Shown piece by piece: positions 26,275-32,000 of a stretch of DNA of 32,000 bases. Each line of letters begins with the position of its first letter. Position 1 is the stretch's first letter. Location of the stretch: assembly GCA_002794465.1 (NCBI GenBank), contig MTSL01000165.1, positions 1-32,000 on the forward strand, given 5' to 3'. Below the pieces are notes generated by a model that saw nothing but the letters and a program-made list of their open reading frames with translations, did not search any database and was not told where the DNA came from. This DNA comes from Paramicrosporidium saccamoebae KSL3 (taxonomy: Eukaryota; Fungi; Cryptomycota). Position numbers and translations under genes: made by a program.

Positions 26275-26933
26275 TCATTCGCGCATCATGTAGGAATCCA
26301 AGTCGGCATCTAGAGAGTTTGAATCTGCAGGACGCTCAGTCCTGCGCGGTGCATTACGAGCCGGCTTGCGAATGCCGGCACTATGGCGCCGAGGTGGGGG
26401 ATTGTTGGAGCGAGGATGGGACGAGGAAGGCATAATCTCAATTTGCATAGGGTATCCGTCGAGTGGCATATGGTGGAAACGGTCAGAGGCCAACAGAGTG
26501 TCGCGTCGGTTGTAAAATACCACCTCGGCAGAGCCGTTGGAACGGCCGGCGCGGTCATAATTAATCCAAACATTCTTGACCGAGCCCACTTGAGAGAATA
26601 GCTCCTAAAATATGTAAGACTCTAGCTGCTGTGTACCAAGAGGTCCTCCTTTGTTACCTTGTGGAACAGGTTAGAGACGATAATTTTCCCGTCCGAAGAG
26701 GAGCCTCGCGTATTTTCACGACGGTCGTTTCGCACAGTGAACACGTGTCGATCGGCCAGACGAGGTGGAGAGCGACGAGGGGCTGTCGACGGGCGTCGTC
26801 TTCTGGGCTGACTTTGATTTGACCGAATTACCTCGTCCAAAGCCATATCCACGGCCGATGGACGGCTTTCACGAGCGCCACCATTGTGCATGGTTTGTGC
26901 TGACGACTCCCTGGACGGCTTTATGATTATCAT
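26275..26933 (-). CDS. ALY/REF (Yra1/THOC4-like) mRNA export adaptor, 1 intron
   Basis: N-box DMALDEVI. RRM KIIVSNLFHKVTKEDLL|ELFSQVG...YDRAGRSNGSAEVVF, joined across a 32-nt intron at 26605-26636. C-box LDADLDSYM. The start could be ATG 26933, 26891 or 26846. Confidence 0.9.
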
Positions 26934-27001
26934 TTGGGCTATTCATGGGATATATTACCATGTTCTCTGTTCTTTGTGTGTCAAAGTTATCCGAGTTAAG
27001 G

Positions 27002-27246
27002 TGCCGCGTAGTGGGGATAAATAGTATGGACGGGAAGGGGGGTCTGTTTACTGCTAATCCTATAATAGTATGGATACCCAGCAAAGCGATCCACTCTAGC
27101 ACACAAATACCCGACTAACCAACCCTCTGCCTCTACGTCACATAGCCAACTAATCAATCCTCTGGCTCTACGTCACATAGTCAACTAATCAATCCTCTGG
27201 CTCTACGTCACATAGCCAACTAATCAATCCTCTGCCTCACGTCACA
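27002..27246 (-). mobile_element. Solo-LTR-like element, copy 4 (245 bp) with an amplified 5' terminus
   Basis: Minus-strand ends TGTGACGTG...TTATCCCCACTACGCGGCA, flanked by the perfect 4-bp direct repeat AAGG (26998-27001 / 27247-27250). Shares blocks with copies 1 and 3. Confidence 0.75.
27114..27246 (+). repeat. 35-bp tandem repeat, about 3.8 copies
   Basis: Unit ACTAATCAATCCTCTGGCTCTACGTCACATAGCCA, with units starting at 27114, 27149, 27184 and 27219; no spacers. Confidence 0.95.
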
Positions 27247-27502
27247 AAGGCTCTTTGTTCTCTTCTTCAGTTTTGGAAGTAGCAAGTGCGTCTAGAAGGA
27301 CAAGAATGTTCCTTTGTAGTCGCTTCTGTAATCTACTAATCAAAAACGTCAGTCCCCACATACTCGCACGTCTCTGCAACTTTTCCTTGTCGTTGAAACT
27401 CTAGAATGGCAGCAGAGAAGGCTTCATTTTCTTCCAGGATCTAGACTTTTAAGAAAACATGGCCGAGTGTACTTTGGACATGGCATCGGCAGTCAATGTC
27501 AT
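27242..27502 (-). CDS. SS18/GIF-like SSXT-domain protein (65 aa), 2 introns; absent from the ORF track
   Basis: Exons 27502-27473, 27440-27364 and 27332-27242. Introns 27441-27472 (GTACAC..TAG, 32 nt) and 27333-27363 (GTATGT..CTGAC..TAG, 31 nt). Product MTLTADAMSKILEENEAFSAAILEFQRQGKVAETCELQKRLQRNILVLLDALATSKTEEENKEPL matches the SSXT pattern L(D/E)EN..LI..I.E.Q..GK..E....Q.RLQRNL. Confidence 0.8.
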
Positions 27503-27770
27503 TGCGCTGCGTTGTGGGTCGGGAGGCGAGGGACCTCGTTATCAATTAAAACATTTAGTTTTCCTGGCTCCAATTCGACGATACACAGTAACCAACCCCC
27601 TACATAATTGTTTGATAGAGTGAAACCAGTCATAAGACTCTTTATCATTGGAAATCACAGTTTGTGACGATACCATCTCACAAATATTTGGTGTACAGGG
27701 CTTGTTTAGGGATGTAACAGTTTTTATCTTTCAATTTTCCAATCTCACATATTCTATATTTAATCGAGGC

Positions 27771-29033
27771 CTATTGGATTGACCATTGCAGAGAAACCTT
27801 GACAAACGGATCTTGATCACCATTGGCCATATTAAGGGCAGTCCATAGCTCGGCTTCTTCGGCAGATTCCATCGTTGATGACGCCGCACTCTGTAGTGCA
27901 GCCGCAATATCAATGGGGGAAATTCCAGGTAGATGCAGCTGCTCTAGGTTTTGCAGCAGCGCAAGGCGAAGCTTCTTTTCGCCCTTGGTAGAGTCTTTCC
28001 CTGCGCCGGGCTTTAGGGTGAGAGAGAGGAAATAGGGCGGAAGTCCATATTGCAATACACTCTCCACAAACAGACGCAGTACCTTCAAGTGCATCCAGGC
28101 GGAGAATAATTCACCAAAATTTGTCTTTAGCAGACGAACAAGGCTGGCCCATTGAGCCTTCATGTCACTTTGCATAGCCTGATCAGCCTCCTGGATCTCC
28201 TGTTGACGGTTCTCGTCGTAGTCGTACTCGCGAACCGTAAAGCGCTCTGCACTTGCAGCTTTAATAAACTCGTCCTTGACCTTGTTAAAGACGGTTACAT
28301 TGTACAGGGCATATCCATCCTCCTCTGCCAGGAGACGAGACGAGCGGGGGACAACCATTTCAGAAAGATGCTCATATATGGCCTCCCACCGTTTCTTTTC
28401 TGGAGCGGTAACTACCACCAACAGAGTCTGCATGAATTCAGAGGGCTCAATAAAGTCTTTCGCCGTGACTAAGGAGCCGAGGTCCTTGGTGAGAAAGGTT
28501 CCCGTATTTTTGCGCTCTGCTGCGGCAACAGAGGACTTTGCTTGGCTATATGCATTAAGGCGCGCCTTTAGCAAGCTTTCAATCTGCTGCGTCTCTTGCA
28601 CAATAGTGTCGGCTATTTCGGTAACAGTCTTGTCAGTCCGGTACTTCATCACGTTCCACTGGAAGGACTTTACATAGGCCTCGGGTGTGGCCACTTCATT
28701 GACTACCAGGCTGCTACGGAGCTGCTCGGAATCCCCATTCAATAGCCCGCGAAAGTTGGAAACCAGTCTGTTGACAGTTGTCTCGAGTACTGGATCCATT
28801 TTGGAAAGGTCCTCACCGGCTGCTACTAGCGAATCCAAGGTCCCCACCTTGAACTCTGGAAAGGCAAACTGGTGAACCTCGGCAACGTCGCTGCTCACCG
28901 AGAGTTTGTCTTTGAGGAACGAATAAAGAATGTTGCGATCCTCATCAACCAGCGAGTTGTTGTGAGTGACCACTTCTCTGTGCTTTAAAGGAAGTGCCAA
29001 TAACCAAAACATTGACGAAGAGCTACCACTCAT
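27771..29033 (-). CDS. VMA5: V-type H+-ATPase subunit C (about 420 aa)
   Basis: Likely start is ATG 29033 or 29012 (MFWLLALP). Motifs FPEFKVGTLDSL, FQWNVMKY, VVPRSS, LYNVTVF and WMHLKVLRLFVESVLQYGLP. Confidence 0.95.
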   Translation of the reverse strand: MSGSSSSMFWLLALPLKHREVVTHNNSLVDEDRNILYSFLKDKLSVSSDVAEVHQFAFPEFKVGTLDSLVAAGEDLSKMDPVLETTVNRLVSNFRGLLNGDSEQLRSSLVVNEVATPEAYVKSFQWNVMKYRTDKTVTEIADTIVQETQQIESLLKARLNAYSQAKSSVAAAERKNTGTFLTKDLGSLVTAKDFIEPSEFMQTLLVVVTAPEKKRWEAIYEHLSEMVVPRSSRLLAEEDGYALYNVTVFNKVKDEFIKAASAERFTVREYDYDENRQQEIQEADQAMQSDMKAQWASLVRLLKTNFGELFSAWMHLKVLRLFVESVLQYGLPPYFLSLTLKPGAGKDSTKGEKKLRLALLQNLEQLHLPGISPIDIAAALQSAASSTMESAEEAELWTALNMANGDQDPFVKVSLQWSIQ

Positions 29034-29266
29034 CCTTGCTACCTTTGTCGCCGGGGGTGGGTAGGTAGGAGGCCGGCCATGCGGAAATGTAGGCATGGTA
29101 TGCCGACACGCTACAATCCCCAGTGACAGAATCTTTTGAGAATGCGAGGGGCTCTATAAAGTAACTGCGACCGTGTCGGTAGTGGCTGATATTATTGGCT
29201 TGCACTATATTCCATTGCGGCTTTGACTGCCAAACACTCTGATTATCCGACAACAACGATCCAACT

Positions 29267-31345
29267 TTATTTGTCTAATGATTCCGCCTGGTAAAGTTTT
29301 TTCGCCACCCACTCTTCGACTCTATTGTACTCGCGCATGGTTGGCAGCATATGACACGTCTTCCACAGCCAATCCAAAACGTTGTGCTTCCACACTGTCT
29401 GACCCCTGATCGCTGCTAAATTAACAACCTTCATAGTGCACACCAGCGATGGATCAATGGTGTAGATTGCCTTTAGAATTTCCACCTTACTGTAAGTTAC
29501 GGCCAACTCTACAATATTTGGAGTTATGACCAATCCTTGCTCATGCAGCCACTGGAATACTTTTACGTGGCCCCAATAAATAGCATCCCGCAATAATTCC
29601 GAGTCAACCTTGATCGTGCTCATTGATGCGATCCATTTGAGAACGCATAACTGTGCTTCCTCGGGTACATGGTTTGAATTTGAATAGATGTCTCTCAAGT
29701 TTGGTAGCGCGTCCTTGAAAAGGTTTGCCAATATCCATTCCATGAGGTCCTGATTGTTGTGCATGGCGGCGTACAGGAGGCACTTTGACGTGTTAATGCC
29801 AGGGAGTTTGTCTGTAGGTACTATTCGGGTGCTGTCAGTGTTGAAAATCCAGTTCAAAACGAGAAAATGGCCCTTTTCACAGGCCTTTTCCACAGAATAA
29901 TTGTTGGGAAGAATTACAAATCTGCCCCAAATCCATTCAAGAATGTCAATATATCCACCCACTGCTGCACAATTTGCCACCTCCTGCTTCCATTTATCAG
30001 AAATCTCTGGATCTGCAAGTGCATTCTGCACTTTTTGTAGATTGCCTTTTGACACTACTAATAAAACGGCTACTTCGGGTTGTAGAGTGATACCGAGCTC
30101 GTCTCGAAGAGATTTGATAATTTCATGAGAGCTGGTATTCTTGTAGCAAAGAGAAATCACGGAATCCCAGTTAATCTGATATCCAAACTCGGTGAACAGC
30201 CATTTGACAGTCTCCCAATGTCTAGATTGGATGGCGCTGCTCACGGATAACAATGATGGGCCTCTTGTCTTTTTTCCAGTCCGAGTCGTCGTTTGTTCCT
30301 GCTTCTGCATGTGCAACCACTTTAGCACTTCAAGACTGCCTTTTTTGACGGCATAGCTATAAAGGATGCTATAGCTGTACTTGAAATTAGGATTCTCTTG
30401 GAACATTTCTTGTAATAATGATAAACACTTGTGCTCAACAAGCCAGAGTGCACAGTCCGTATGGATTGACAAGGAGTTGTCTTTTGATTGAAGACAGAAC
30501 TTTGGGATTAGGCTGTAGTCGATATGGAAGAGATCTTGGAGGATTTTGGAAGACATGACAGTATGAGGGGGGATTACCTGGTTAATTACACGCCTTGACG
30601 CATGGTTAATCACCAAATTAATATCATTTTCAGTTCCCCAAGCCACGGCAGGGTGGAATTGAGAAAGAATATTAGCCGCGTCAAACATGATGATGCAGTC
30701 GCGCAAATCGTCTTGGGAAATGTCCTCAAAATACGGCTCACGACTGATTTCATCAAAGAGTTTAGCATTGTCGACCTTGACGATCATTCTCCAGAACTCA
30801 CTCCATTCAAACTCTTGTTGAGCCCATAAGGTAGTATTAAAGACTGGAGTTTCATAGATCTTGGCCCAGAACCAGTGTTTTTGCTCCTGGTCCTTCCAAG
30901 TGAAACAACACGCAAGACAGTGCAGGACTCCATAACAGTCAGCTTCAAATGCTTGCTGCACTGTCTCTTCGACATTGTCTAGCGCGGGGCAGGCGGCCAT
31001 TATGGCTCTCGCGTCCCGATAAAATGTTTCGATGCGCTCAAAATCGTCGCCTGCCTTTTCACGACGCTTAGCAAGACTTGATTCAAGGGATTGAACACTC
31101 GGGTTAGTGTTTGCAAAATCAACCATTTTACCCAACGGAGTGAGGGTCAAGTCATTGACGCCTGAAACAACAAGCTCGATAGAATTGGGATCACCATTTT
31201 GCTTGGTGGTATCCGGTAGCTGAAACTCTGTACTGTTCGTCCAACCCTTGCTAAGGCCGCCCGAGCCCGTTCCTCGGCTCAGGAGTGACAACAGCGAAAT
31301 TGTTGTGGGCCACAAGATGCGTTGAACTATGCCAGAGAGTCTCAT
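29267..31345 (-). CDS. Secreted ankyrin-like repeat family protein, paralog C (about 690 aa; ORF open to 31384)
   Basis: Collinear with paralogs A and B (CPAL, CYGVLHCL, HWFWAKIY, KVDNAKLF, FDAANI). C-terminal repeats AVKKGSLEVLKWLH, AAVGGYIDILEWIW, ACEKGHFLVLNWIF and AIYWGHVKVFQWLH. Confidence 0.85.
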   Translation of the reverse strand: MRLSGIVQRILWPTTISLLSLLSRGTGSGGLSKGWTNSTEFQLPDTTKQNGDPNSIELVVSGVNDLTLTPLGKMVDFANTNPSVQSLESSLAKRREKAGDDFERIETFYRDARAIMAACPALDNVEETVQQAFEADCYGVLHCLACCFTWKDQEQKHWFWAKIYETPVFNTTLWAQQEFEWSEFWRMIVKVDNAKLFDEISREPYFEDISQDDLRDCIIMFDAANILSQFHPAVAWGTENDINLVINHASRRVINQVIPPHTVMSSKILQDLFHIDYSLIPKFCLQSKDNSLSIHTDCALWLVEHKCLSLLQEMFQENPNFKYSYSILYSYAVKKGSLEVLKWLHMQKQEQTTTRTGKKTRGPSLLSVSSAIQSRHWETVKWLFTEFGYQINWDSVISLCYKNTSSHEIIKSLRDELGITLQPEVAVLLVVSKGNLQKVQNALADPEISDKWKQEVANCAAVGGYIDILEWIWGRFVILPNNYSVEKACEKGHFLVLNWIFNTDSTRIVPTDKLPGINTSKCLLYAAMHNNQDLMEWILANLFKDALPNLRDIYSNSNHVPEEAQLCVLKWIASMSTIKVDSELLRDAIYWGHVKVFQWLHEQGLVITPNIVELAVTYSKVEILKAIYTIDPSLVCTMKVVNLAAIRGQTVWKHNVLDWLWKTCHMLPTMREYNRVEEWVAKKLYQAESLDK

Positions 31346-31453
31346 TATCCGACCGCGCCACTTCCTTTCCAACCACCCATCCACTCGGCGGATTACATCT
31401 GATGGACCTATACACTGCTATTGGACGGGTTGATCAGGGCATCTTTGTATATG

Positions 31454-31649
31454 TGTGACGTAGAAGACTGATTAGCATGTCTTGTGGAAATAGTTCCCTA
31501 GTTTGGAGAAGGGATAACCAGAGCAATCGATGAAGGATAATGAGACCTTTACCATTTGGGAGACTATAAAAGGGTCGTTGGATTGACTGAATAAATTCTC
31601 TTCTCTTCTCGCCTAAACTGGGCCGTGGTATTATCCCCACTACGCGACA
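31454..31649 (+). mobile_element. Solo-LTR-like element, copy 5 (196 bp)
   Basis: Ends TGTGACGTAG...TTATCCCCACTACGCGACA. TATAAA at 31565 and AATAAA at 31590; 39/41 match to copy 3. Flanks TATG/TAGG (3 of 4). Confidence 0.7.
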
Positions 31650-32000
31650 TAGGTATTGCGTAAGGCCTCTCCCGTCCACATACAGGAACTCATCATTGAA
31701 CACTTTGAGTGAGAGATATATCTATCAAACGTCATTTATATAACAGATTCTTTCATCTGATTCTATTACAATTATGGGTCGGTATCCCTTAAACACGAAT
31801 GGGTTCACAATGTACAGCAAACCAATTTGAACTTTAATCTTGTCTGTGTTATATGTGCTGTTAAGGGGGTGATTTGTGTCTAGCCGTTATGGTGAGCGAC
31901 CCGATAAAGTGAGGCTAAAGCTCTTGTACAAGTGTGCTTTCCAATCTGGAAAACTAGTGGCTGTTTGGAGTGAGAAGTGAGGAGCGTGATTATTATCTGG

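Noticed and set aside
27114-27246. 35-bp and 19-bp (15690-15774) repeat arrays as CRISPR
   Set aside because: The units are contiguous with no unique spacers, there are no cas genes, and the context is eukaryotic with spliceosomal introns.
31887-32000. Short minus-strand open frame entering from the window end
   Set aside because: Only about 37 codons are visible with no motif, so it cannot be distinguished from non-coding sequence.

Overview
This is gene-dense eukaryotic DNA in the standard genetic code, with about 20 protein genes in 32 kb. Intergenic gaps go down to 15 bp. The 12 introns I could reconstruct are all 30-37 nt, and one is GC-AG. The gene content and architecture look like an early-diverging fungus or short-branch microsporidian (Rozellomycota, e.g. 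Paramicrosporidium-like); this taxonomy is inference only. Housekeeping genes: cytosolic AspRS, PKA regulatory subunit, tetraspanin, POB3/SSRP1, Rac, an RBM5/10-like splicing factor, glycerol kinase, SLU7, 6-phosphogluconolactonase, ALY/REF and V-ATPase subunit C. A 65-aa SS18/GIF (SSXT-domain) gene is absent from the ORF track because two micro-introns split it. Interleaved with these are intronless orphan genes with signal peptides: three paralogous secreted ankyrin-like repeat proteins, a four-gene secreted/membrane cluster in which two neighbours share a Cys-bonded membrane-proximal domain I do not recognise, and a secreted Cys-repeat protein. The main non-coding signal is a family of five dispersed 131-245 bp elements. 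They have TG...CA-type ends, about 10-bp inverted termini and 4-5 bp target-site duplications, and two carry TATAAA followed by AATAAA. They are best read as solo LTRs (alternative: MITEs). One inserted inside the stop codon of the SS18-like gene and supplied a new stop, and two have tandemly amplified termini.
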